Below are positions 11,267-18,850 of a stretch of DNA of 32,000 nt, in pieces. The stretch comes from Delftia acidovorans NBRC 14950. Its GTDB lineage: Bacteria; Pseudomonadota; Gammaproteobacteria; Burkholderiales; Burkholderiaceae_C. The translations under genes and the position numbers were made by a program. The stretch is taken from NCBI RefSeq assembly GCF_001598795.1, contig NZ_BCZP01000002.1, forward strand, positions 1-32,000. Direction: 5' to 3'. Within the stretch, counting starts at the first letter, position 1; every line of letters starts with the position of its first letter. The notes under the pieces were generated by a model. The model searched no databases. It saw nothing but the letters and a program-made list of their open reading frames with translations, and was not told the DNA's origin.

Positions 11267-12040
11267 ATGAATGAAGCCGTTCAAGCGAATGAGATCGTCG
11301 AGACCTCCTGGCGCATGGGCCTGGTGGTCTTGTCCTATGGCATTGCCGTATTGGGCTCCTTCGTAGCCCTGACTGCGGCGCAGCGCATCCGGGGACGCGA
11401 GGGCATCAGCTGGCTGAACCTGCTGGCGGCGGGCACGGCGCTGGGCGGCATCGGCGTGTGGTCCATGCATTTCACGGGCATGCTGGCGCTGAACCTGGGC
11501 ATGGGTTCGGGCTACTCCATGGTCGAAACCCTGCTGTCCCTGTGCGCCGCCGTTGCCGCCACCTCGGTGGCGCTGGCCTTTGTCGCGCGGCGGCCCGAAA
11601 GCGGGGCGCGCGTGCTGGGCGCGGGCACCCTGCTGGGCCTGGGAGTGGCCTTCATGCATTACCTGGGCATGTATGGCATGCGCTTTCCGGGCTTCATCGT
11701 CTGGTCCGTTCCCACCGTGCTGCTGTCCGTGGGCATCGCCGTGGCCGCGGCCAGCGCCGCGCTGTGGCTGTCGTTTCGCACCAGCTCGCCGGGCATGCGT
11801 GCGCTGGCCGCCGCCGTCATGGGCGCGGCGGTCTGTTCCATGCACTACACCGGCATGGCCGCAGCGGACTTCGTATGCATTTCAGAGGCACAGCGTTATG
11901 CTAGGCCGCAAGGCTTTGCCGTGATCAGCGCCCTGGACCTTCCGGTCTTTACCGTGATCGTGGCCATAGGCCTGGCTGCATTGATAGGCATGGACCAGCT
12001 CATGCAGCAACGCGACCGGATGCGCCGGCCGTTGCACTAG
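11267..12040 (+). CDS. Stand-alone MHYT-domain integral membrane protein (putative gas/redox sensor, no output domain)
   Basis: GAGGAG lies about 8 nt upstream of the ATG. The protein is multi-pass and hydrophobic, with three copies of the MHYT signature on separate helices (WSMHFTGM, FMHYLGM, SMHYTGM). Only a short soluble tail follows. Confidence 0.85.
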   Translation: MNEAVQANEIVETSWRMGLVVLSYGIAVLGSFVALTAAQRIRGREGISWLNLLAAGTALGGIGVWSMHFTGMLALNLGMGSGYSMVETLLSLCAAVAATSVALAFVARRPESGARVLGAGTLLGLGVAFMHYLGMYGMRFPGFIVWSVPTVLLSVGIAVAAASAALWLSFRTSSPGMRALAAAVMGAAVCSMHYTGMAAADFVCISEAQRYARPQGFAVISALDLPVFTVIVAIGLAALIGMDQLMQQRDRMRRPLH

Positions 12041-12129
12041 GTGGATAAATACAAAAAGCCGGCGGGTCGGGGAGCGCGCAGTGGTCATGCGCGGACGAGG
12101 ACTGGCACAATCGAATTAGGACAAATCCT

Positions 12130-12214
12130 AGAACCTGTGCAGGAACTTTTGAGGGGAGCACCCCGGCAAGCGGGCCGCAAGGCCTGATTGCACAAAGGTT
12201 CCGGCACAGGTTCT
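12130..12214 (+). other. 85-nt compound hairpin (candidate structured RNA element or palindromic repeat) between the MHYT gene and oxyR
   Basis: The outer stem pairs 12130-12151 with 12193-12214: 20 Watson-Crick pairs, 1 G-U and 1 mismatch. Two inner hairpins are GGGG-AGCA-CCCC (12153-12164) and GCAA..GGGCC-GCAA-GGCCU..UUGC (12166-12191, with a GNRA loop). Both wobble pairs become C-A mismatches on the minus strand, which favours a plus-strand RNA. Confidence 0.4.
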
Positions 12215-12266
12215 TGGTGTAAGACCATCGTATTTTCCGAGGCTCCCTCCCAGACACAGCTCGCCA

Positions 12267-13232
12267 ATGACACTTACCGAACTCAAATACATCGTGGCCG
12301 TGGCACGTGAAAAGCATTTTGGCCGCGCCGCCGAAGCCTGTTATGTGTCCCAGCCCACGTTGTCCGTGGCGATCAAGAAGCTGGAGGAGGAGCTCGATGT
12401 CAAGCTCTTCGAGCGCAGTGCCGGCGAAGTGTCGGTCACGTCGCTGGGCGAGGAGATCATCCGTCAGGCGCAAAGCGTGCTGGAGCAGGCCGCCGAGATC
12501 AAGGAAATCGCCAAGCGCGGCAAAGACCCGCTGTCCGGCGTGCTCACCCTGGGTGTGATCTACACCATCGGCCCCTACCTGCTGCCGGACCTGGTGCGCA
12601 ACTCCATCATGCGCACGCCGCAGATGCCGCTGATGCTGCAGGAGAACTACACCATCAAGCTGCTGGAGATGCTGCGCACCGGCGAGATCGACTGCGCCAT
12701 CGTCGCCGAGCCCTTCCCCGACACCGGCCTGGCGCTGGCGCCGCTGTACGACGAGCCCTTCATGGCCGCCGTTCCCAGCACCCATGCGCTGGCCCAGAAG
12801 GACCACGTCTCCACCAGCGATCTCAAGAACGAGACCATGCTGCTGCTGGGCTCGGGCCACTGCTTCCGCGACCATGTGCTCCAGGTCTGCCCCGAGTTCG
12901 CACGCTATGCCAGCAATGCCGAAGGCATTCGCCGCACCTTCGAAGGCTCGTCGCTGGAGACCATCAAGCACATGGTGGCCGCCGGCATGGGCGTGACCCT
13001 GGTGCCGCGCCTGTCCGTGCCCGCCGATGCGCTGGAGACCACGGCGCGCCGCCGCAAGACCGACGAGCCGCACATCCGCTACCTGCCCATCCTCGAGGAC
13101 GACGGCTCGCCCCCGCCGACACGCCGCGTAGTCCTGGCCTGGCGCCGCAGCTTCACGCGCTACGAGGCCATCGCCGCCCTGCGCAACGCCGTCTACGCCT
13201 GCGCCTTGCCCGGCGTCAAACGCCTGTCCTGA
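12267..13232 (+). CDS. oxyR: LysR-family hydrogen-peroxide-sensing regulator OxyR
   Basis: The LysR wHTH is LTELKYIVAVAREKHFGRAAEACYVSQPTLSVAIKKLEEEL. The redox pair GSGHCFRDHVLQVC has the same Cys-x8-Cys spacing as E. coli OxyR C199/C208. dps lies immediately downstream. Confidence 0.9.
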   Translation: MTLTELKYIVAVAREKHFGRAAEACYVSQPTLSVAIKKLEEELDVKLFERSAGEVSVTSLGEEIIRQAQSVLEQAAEIKEIAKRGKDPLSGVLTLGVIYTIGPYLLPDLVRNSIMRTPQMPLMLQENYTIKLLEMLRTGEIDCAIVAEPFPDTGLALAPLYDEPFMAAVPSTHALAQKDHVSTSDLKNETMLLLGSGHCFRDHVLQVCPEFARYASNAEGIRRTFEGSSLETIKHMVAAGMGVTLVPRLSVPADALETTARRRKTDEPHIRYLPILEDDGSPPPTRRVVLAWRRSFTRYEAIAALRNAVYACALPGVKRLS

Positions 13233-13352
13233 TGACCGCACCGGCGCGTGCGCCGGGCCTGTGGGGCTGCTGCGCTTGCGTTATCGTTGCAACTGGCTCC
13301 CGGGCGACCTGCCGGGAGCATCTTCCGTTTGTACGAAGCTGAAAGGGATCCC

Positions 13353-13949
13353 ATGGCCAAAAATGCCAGCAAAGACAAGTCCGGTGCAAAGAAGCCAGAG
13401 GCCGTGCAGGCCGACAAGGCAGTGCAGCCTGCAAAGGCCGCACTGGCCGACGTGGCACCGGCGTCCGTGCGCTCCTCCGCCATCCATATCGGCATCAGCG
13501 ACAAGGACCGCGCGGCCATCGCCAAGGGCCTGTCGGCCCTGCTGGCCGACACCTACACGCTGTATCTGACCACGCACAATTTCCACTGGAACGTCACCGG
13601 CCCGATGTTCAACACGCTGCACACCATGTTCATGGGGCAGTACACGGAGCTGTGGAACGCCGTCGACCCCATCGCCGAGCGCATCCGTGCGCTGGGCCAT
13701 TTCGCGCCGGGCTCCTATGCCGACTTCGGCAAGCTCACCAGCCTGGCCGACGTGCCCCACGACCCGCCCAAGGCCCTGGAGATGGTGCGCATCCTGGTCG
13801 CCGGCCACGAGGCCGTGGCCCGCACGGCGCGCAGCCTGTTCCCCCTGGCCGACAAGGCCAGCGACGAACCCACGGCCGACCTGCTGACCCAGCGCCTGAC
13901 CGTGCACGAGCAGACCGCCTGGATGCTGCGCGCCCTGCTCGAAGACTGA
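13353..13949 (+). CDS. dps: Dps-family DNA-protection/ferritin-like protein with Lys-rich N-terminal tail
   Basis: ATG 13353 is preceded by GAAAGGGA. The Dps core is [31 protein letters not shown]...[15 protein letters not shown] (ferroxidase His/Asp/Glu positions). The earlier ATG 13248 in the track ORF has no support. Confidence 0.9.
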   Translation: MAKNASKDKSGAKKPEAVQADKAVQPAKAALADVAPASVRSSAIHIGISDKDRAAIAKGLSALLADTYTLYLTTHNFHWNVTGPMFNTLHTMFMGQYTELWNAVDPIAERIRALGHFAPGSYADFGKLTSLADVPHDPPKALEMVRILVAGHEAVARTARSLFPLADKASDEPTADLLTQRLTVHEQTAWMLRALLED

Positions 13950-14008
13950 TGCTGCGCAAACCCCAGTCTTCCCGCGTACCCACCCTGGCCCGGGAGTGAT
14001 GCCACCGC

Positions 14009-14806
14009 ATGCTCTGGACCTGGATTGACGCACACGCCGCCACGGGCGGCCTGTGCCTGGTACTGGCCGCCCTGGGCGGCCTTTTTTTCTATCTGCGCCT
14101 GCCTGCCACGGCCCGGCTGCGCCACGCAGGCCTGCCCATGCCGCGGGCCGCATGGCTGGGCCTGGCTGCCGCCGGCGTGCTGGCCTTGCTGGCACTGGCC
14201 GTGATGGTGCGCGACATGCTGGGCCTGGCCCAGCCCGCAGGCTGCGCCACCTGCACCGACTGGCCGGTGCTCGACGAGGCCCTGCACCTGTGGCTGGCCG
14301 GCCATGCCACCGATGCCTGGGTGCGCCCCGTGGTCGCCTTCACCCAACTGGGCAATGTGGCCTGGATGGTGTCGCTGTCGGCCGCCGTGCTGGCGCTGCT
14401 GCTGTGGCGGCGCGACTGGCTGCATGCGGCCGCCTGGGTGGTGGCCACGGCTGGCGTGGGCCTGTGGATACGCGCCATCAAGACCAGCGTGGGCCGTCCG
14501 CGCCCCGTGGGTGGCTGGGTGCCTGAGGGTGGCTTCAGTTTCCCCAGCGGCCACAGCGCGGGCACCTTCGTGCTCTATCTGATGCTGGCCTGGCTGCTGC
14601 TGCCGTACCTGCGCCCGGCCTGGCGCTGGCCCGTGGGCCTGGCGGCCCTGGCTGTCGCCCTGGGCGTGGGCGCCAGCCGCGTGGTGCTGCGCGTGCACTA
14701 TGCCAGCGATGTGCTGGCCGGCTGGCTGCTGGGCCTGGCCTGGATGGCGCTGGTGATCTGTGCCGTGGAGTGGGCGCAAACCCGCGTTGCCTGCAGGCGC
14801 TGCTGA
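14009..14806 (+). CDS. PAP2-family membrane phosphatase
   Basis: All three PAP2 motifs are present: KTSVGRPRP (Kx6RP), PSGHS, and SRVVLRVHYASD (SRx5Hx3D). The N-terminal half is hydrophobic. Confidence 0.82.
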   Translation: MLWTWIDAHAATGGLCLVLAALGGLFFYLRLPATARLRHAGLPMPRAAWLGLAAAGVLALLALAVMVRDMLGLAQPAGCATCTDWPVLDEALHLWLAGHATDAWVRPVVAFTQLGNVAWMVSLSAAVLALLLWRRDWLHAAAWVVATAGVGLWIRAIKTSVGRPRPVGGWVPEGGFSFPSGHSAGTFVLYLMLAWLLLPYLRPAWRWPVGLAALAVALGVGASRVVLRVHYASDVLAGWLLGLAWMALVICAVEWAQTRVACRRC

Positions 14807-14908
14807 GGCGTGCCGCCGAGCCCGCCCGCCCAGCGGCGACAATGCGGGCATTTTCGAATGTGATGCGTGCGATGGTCGGCCCACGGCCGCCATCGGCGCC
14901 CAGACGCC

Positions 14909-15802
14909 ATGCCCACCACCTCCTCTACGCCCATGCCTGCGCCCCGGCGCAGCAAACTGTCGCTCTACCTGGACCTGGTCCGCTTCAACCGGCCGGCCGG
15001 CTGGCTGGTCCTGGTCTGGCCCACGCTGGCCGCACTGTGGGTGGCAGCGGGCGGGTTTCCGGGCTGGCATCTGCTGGTGGTCTTCGTGCTGGGCACGGTG
15101 CTGATGCGCAGCGCCGGCTGCTGCATCAACGACATCGCCGACCGCGATTTCGACCGCCACGTCAAGCGCACCACGCAGCGGCCCATCACCTCGGGGCAGG
15201 TCTCGGTCAAGGAGGCCGCGCTGCTGGGCGCGGCCCTGGCCCTGGTCTCGCTGGGCCTGGTGCTGACCACGCGCTGGGAGGCCGTGGCCTGGTCCGTGCC
15301 CGCCGTGCTGTTCACCATCCTCTACCCGTTCACCAAGCGCTTCTTCGCCATGCCCCAGGCCTTCCTGGGCATTGCCTTCAACTTCGGCATCGTCATCGCC
15401 TTCGCCGCCGTGCAGGGCCAGGTGCCGGCCACGGCCTGGATTCTGTGGCTCGCCAACATGTTCCTGGTGCTGGCCTATGACACCGAATACGCCATGGTGG
15501 ACCGCGACGACGACCTCAGGATCGGCATGAAGACCTCGGCCATCACCCTGGGCCGCTTCGACGTGGTGGCCGTCATGGGCTTTTTCGTGCTCTGCGGCCT
15601 GCTCACTATCTGGGCGCTGGCGCCCTATGGCCTGGCCTGGCCTTTCTGGCTGGGCCTGGCCGTGGCCGCGGCCCAGGTGATCTGGCACTTCACCCTGATC
15701 CGCCACCGCACGCGCGAGGGCTGCTTCGTCGCCTTCAGCAAGAGCCACTGGATCGGTGCCAGCCTGTTCGCGGGCGTGGCGCTGGGGTTCGCCTTGCGCT
15801 GA
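14909..15802 (+). CDS. ubiA: 4-hydroxybenzoate polyprenyltransferase
   Basis: The UbiA signature is [23 protein letters not shown] and a second Asp-rich block is [13 protein letters not shown]. The membrane protein begins ...[24 protein letters not shown], like E. coli UbiA. The start could be ATG 14909 or ATG 14933. Confidence 0.9.
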   Translation: MPTTSSTPMPAPRRSKLSLYLDLVRFNRPAGWLVLVWPTLAALWVAAGGFPGWHLLVVFVLGTVLMRSAGCCINDIADRDFDRHVKRTTQRPITSGQVSVKEAALLGAALALVSLGLVLTTRWEAVAWSVPAVLFTILYPFTKRFFAMPQAFLGIAFNFGIVIAFAAVQGQVPATAWILWLANMFLVLAYDTEYAMVDRDDDLRIGMKTSAITLGRFDVVAVMGFFVLCGLLTIWALAPYGLAWPFWLGLAVAAAQVIWHFTLIRHRTREGCFVAFSKSHWIGASLFAGVALGFALR

Positions 15803-18710
15803 AGGCGCCACGCCGCCGCAGTGCGTGCGCTCCGCAGCCTGCCGCCATGGCACCCAGCAGTGCCAGCTGCCAGGCGCCGAGTGCGGGAATGGGCGCCGGA
15901 GCGGGCGGTGGCACGGGTGGAGTCACAGGTGGGTCTACAGGTGGATCCACAGGAGGATCTACGGGTGGATCTACAGGAGGATCTACGGGGGGCGGCAGGG
16001 TAGGCGGCACCACCGCAGTCAGCGCGATGTCCTGCGCCACCTCGGTGGCCGGCATCCACCGTGCATCGCCGGGCTGGCTGGCGGTCACCGTGCAGATGCC
16101 TTCGCCTGCCATCGTGACCCTGTTGCCCGAGACCGTGCAGATGCCTGGCGTCGTGCTGGCATGATCCACCGGCAGGCCGGAGCTGGCCGTGGCGGGCGGG
16201 TCGATGGCAAAGGCCGTCCCCGCCTCGAAGGTCCGGCTGGCCTGGGCCGGGAAGTGGATCGCCTGGGTTCTGCGGATGCGGACATCGGCGCTTGCGTCGG
16301 CGGGCAGCCAGTGGGCATTGCCCGCCTGGCGGGCCACCAGCGTGCAGATGCCGCCATCGATCATCGTGACCGTTGTGCCCGAGACGGTGCAGACGGCCGG
16401 GGTGGGGCTGCTGTAGTCCACCGGCAGGCCGGAGCTGGCCGTGGCGGGAGGGTCTATGGTGAAGGTGGAGCCAGGGCTGCCGAGGACCTGGCTGGCCTGT
16501 GGCCCAAAGGTGATGGTCTGGGGGGAGAGGGCGCGCAGGTCCACGGTCAGGAGTGAGACAAAGGCATCAGGGTTCGTGAACTGTGCTCCGGAGTAGCCCC
16601 CGGCCAGAAGCTCGCCAGAAGCAGTGATGTGCAGCGCGGTGACACCATCCAGGCCGCTTGCGCCCAGGTAGGTGCTTTGCTCCAAGGTGCGCAGATCGTC
16701 CGACAGGCGTGCCACGTAGCCGGTTTGAAATCCACCACCGTAGACAGGCTCAATGGCGCCCGCCATGCCGGGAAAATTGTCGGATGAGGTGTTGCCGGCC
16801 ACCAGGATCTCGCCCGAAGGAGCGATGGCCAGGGCAGCGATCCAGTCTGGGTTTGCGCCGCCCAGATAGGTGCTCTGCAACAGGGTGCGCAGATCGGCGG
16901 ACAGCCTTGTGATGTAGCCGGGGTAGTTGCCATTGCTGGCAGGCTGCGCACCACCGCTCGTGCCAGGAAAGGCAGAGGACGATGTTTGCCCGGCTGCCAC
17001 GATCTCTCCCGAGGGGTGGAAGGCCAATGCCGAGAGTGTCTCCCAGCCGTTCCCCCCCAGGTAGGAGCTGCGCACCAGGGTGCGCAGATCGCCTGAAAGC
17101 AATGCGATGAAGCCGTCGGCATCGCCGCTGATGTCTGGCTGGGCTGCGTGCGCCGTGGCAGGCAGATCGGGGGATTGGGTCTGCCCGCCGGCGAGTATCT
17201 CTCCTGAAGGTCCGATGGCGATATTGGAGATACTCTCCGCTCCCGTCCCGCCCAGATAGGTGCTTTGCACCACGGTGCGCAGGTCGGCGGACAGGCGCAT
17301 GACGAAGCCGTCACGATCGGCGCTGAGGGCGGGCTGGGCTCCGTTGGCCGCGCGGGGCAGGTCCTTGGCAAGGGTGTCCCCGGCCACCACGACCTCCCCC
17401 GAGGCAGGAAGGGCCAGGGCAGTGGCGACCACCCAGCCGTCTCCGGTCAGATAGGTGCTCTGCTCCAGGGTGCGCAGGTCGCCGGAAAGCCGGGCGACGA
17501 AGCCCGCAGGAACGCTGAGCGACACAGGCTGTGCTCCCCCGGCCGTGCCGGGAAAATCGCTGGTCATCGTCTCGCCGCTTACCACCACGTCACCCGACGC
17601 TGTGACGGCCAGTGCGTGGATCTGGCTGCCCCACGACCCGCTCAGGTAGGTGCTCTGTATCAGGCGGCTCAGATCACTGGACAGCCGGGCGACGAAGCCA
17701 TGCAATGCAAATATGCCAGGGGGGCTCGCAGGCTGCGCTCCACCCGCAGTGCCGGGGAATCGGTTGGAAAGGGTAGTGCCGGCCAGCAGCACGTCGCCTG
17801 AAGGGGCGGCTGTGGCTATGGCCTCTATCCAGGAACTCTCGGGGCTGCCCAGATAGATGCTCTGCAGCAGTGGATCGATCACCAGCGGCAGCGCCCGGTC
17901 ATACGCTCCCAGTGCGAACCCGTAGCCATCGCCCTGGCTGTTGAGCGCGTACTGCACGGGCACCTCCACGCGCCGCCCCGCAACTTCCTGGAAGGCCACG
18001 GGCGCGGTATAGGCCACATCGCCATGGCCTGTGGCGGCCACCAGTTCGCCGCCTTCGCCCAGGCGCAGGGACAGCGCGCCGTCCACGCGCACCTGGATCT
18101 GCCCGGGGTCGGCCTGCGGCGCCACGTGAAAGAGCTTTTCCACATTGGTGCCGCGCACGGCCAGCTCCACCTGCACGCCGGGCCAGGCCTGGCCCAGGTG
18201 GAGGTTGCGGTAGGTGGCCGGCTGGTAGCGGTGCGGGCCGCTGAAGCGGGTGATCTGGGTGCCGGCTGCCTCGCCGCCCGAGGGCGACAGCGGCAGCGCG
18301 CCGACCAGGGTTTCCGTGAGACTCCAGCCGGGCCGCAGGATGGGGGCGCTCTTGGGCGCACCGCCGGCCGCTTTGCTTCTTGCCCAGTCCGCCAGCCGTC
18401 CCGTGTCGGGCCCGGGCAGGCCGTACACGATCTGCCCCTGGTGCGTGACATGGACGGCGCCCGCGAAGGTCCGGCCCATGAAGGCCACGGCCGGGTCGAA
18501 CTGGCCGCTGTTGGCTTCGAAGGGCATGGACAGGCCCTGCAGGGCCTGCTTCGCATGCTGCAACTGCGCCGCACCGGGTCTCTCACCCGGCGCTGCATGG
18601 GCGGTGCTGGCGGCCATGCATGCGGCTGCTGCCATGGCGAGCCAGAGGAGGGCTGGGCGACTTGTGCTGCGCCACCGGAGCCAGGGCGCAGGCTGAAGAA
18701 AGAGGCTCAT
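15735..18710 (-). CDS. Secreted seven-blade SBBP beta-propeller repeat protein with IPTL-CTERM-like C-terminal sorting signal (paralog A)
   Basis: ATG 18710 is preceded by GGGAGA and gives the signal peptide [39 protein letters not shown]. The N-terminal module contains [15 protein letters not shown]. Seven ~60-65-aa blades follow ([31 protein letters not shown]....GF.TRLS.DLRTL). Then come two ~85-aa two-Cys modules (CTVSG.TVTM...G.CT..A.Q.G...W), a (PPVD)n linker, and [27 protein letters not shown] plus a 24-aa tail. Confidence 0.8.
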   Translation of the reverse strand: MSLFLQPAPWLRWRSTSRPALLWLAMAAAACMAASTAHAAPGERPGAAQLQHAKQALQGLSMPFEANSGQFDPAVAFMGRTFAGAVHVTHQGQIVYGLPGPDTGRLADWARSKAAGGAPKSAPILRPGWSLTETLVGALPLSPSGGEAAGTQITRFSGPHRYQPATYRNLHLGQAWPGVQVELAVRGTNVEKLFHVAPQADPGQIQVRVDGALSLRLGEGGELVAATGHGDVAYTAPVAFQEVAGRRVEVPVQYALNSQGDGYGFALGAYDRALPLVIDPLLQSIYLGSPESSWIEAIATAAPSGDVLLAGTTLSNRFPGTAGGAQPASPPGIFALHGFVARLSSDLSRLIQSTYLSGSWGSQIHALAVTASGDVVVSGETMTSDFPGTAGGAQPVSLSVPAGFVARLSGDLRTLEQSTYLTGDGWVVATALALPASGEVVVAGDTLAKDLPRAANGAQPALSADRDGFVMRLSADLRTVVQSTYLGGTGAESISNIAIGPSGEILAGGQTQSPDLPATAHAAQPDISGDADGFIALLSGDLRTLVRSSYLGGNGWETLSALAFHPSGEIVAAGQTSSSAFPGTSGGAQPASNGNYPGYITRLSADLRTLLQSTYLGGANPDWIAALAIAPSGEILVAGNTSSDNFPGMAGAIEPVYGGGFQTGYVARLSDDLRTLEQSTYLGASGLDGVTALHITASGELLAGGYSGAQFTNPDAFVSLLTVDLRALSPQTITFGPQASQVLGSPGSTFTIDPPATASSGLPVDYSSPTPAVCTVSGTTVTMIDGGICTLVARQAGNAHWLPADASADVRIRRTQAIHFPAQASRTFEAGTAFAIDPPATASSGLPVDHASTTPGICTVSGNRVTMAGEGICTVTASQPGDARWMPATEVAQDIALTAVVPPTLPPPVDPPVDPPVDPPVDPPVDPPVTPPVPPPAPAPIPALGAWQLALLGAMAAGCGAHALRRRGAFSARRTPAPRPRTGWHRSSGSC
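15810..15890 (-). other. IPTL-CTERM-like sorting segment of paralog A (IPAL motif, hydrophobic helix, RRR)
   Basis: The segment encodes [27 protein letters not shown]. This is a tripartite motif/TM/basic-cluster layout at the end of a Pro-rich linker. Confidence 0.6.
15919..15990. repeat. Six tandem 12-nt units (consensus GGATCTACAGGW on + strand) encoding the (PPVD)n linker of paralog A
   Basis: Read directly from the sequence: ggagtcacaggt, gggtctacaggt, ggatccacagga, ggatctacgggt, ggatctacagga, ggatctacgggg. The units are in frame (4 codons each) on the minus strand. Confidence 0.9.
16528..17864 (-). repeat. Seven tandem ~190-205-nt coding repeats (propeller blades) in paralog A
   Basis: A core resembling GTGCGCAGrTCgccGGACAGgcg...GAAGCC recurs near 16531, 16687, 16885, 17078, 17275, 17471 and 17664. 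Confidence 0.75.
17881..18330. repeat. Copy 1 of a 450-nt near-identical direct repeat (N-terminal module of paralog A)
   Basis: A hand alignment to 20961..21410 (offset 3080 nt) shows 26 mismatches and no gaps. It includes a perfect run of about 90 nt (18021-18110 vs 21101-21190). Confidence 0.9.
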
Positions 18711-18850
18711 GGGGTCTCCCTGAATGCGGCCGCCCCGAGGCAAGCCTGCCTCCGGGCGTGAGCCCCGCAGGCGGAGGCCTGGCGGGGCCGGGTTCCTGGG
18801 GCGTGACCGGCACGGGGGCTATCCCCTCCTGCCCGGCCACGCGTGCGTTG

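Noticed and set aside
12116-12131. The palindrome TAGGA-CAAA-TCCTA upstream of oxyR was considered as an OxyR or LysR autoregulatory box.
   Set aside because: Its spacing (TAG-N8-CTA) does not match the ATAG-N7-CTAT OxyR half-site geometry or a clean T-N11-A box. It is a single element without the expected second pair.
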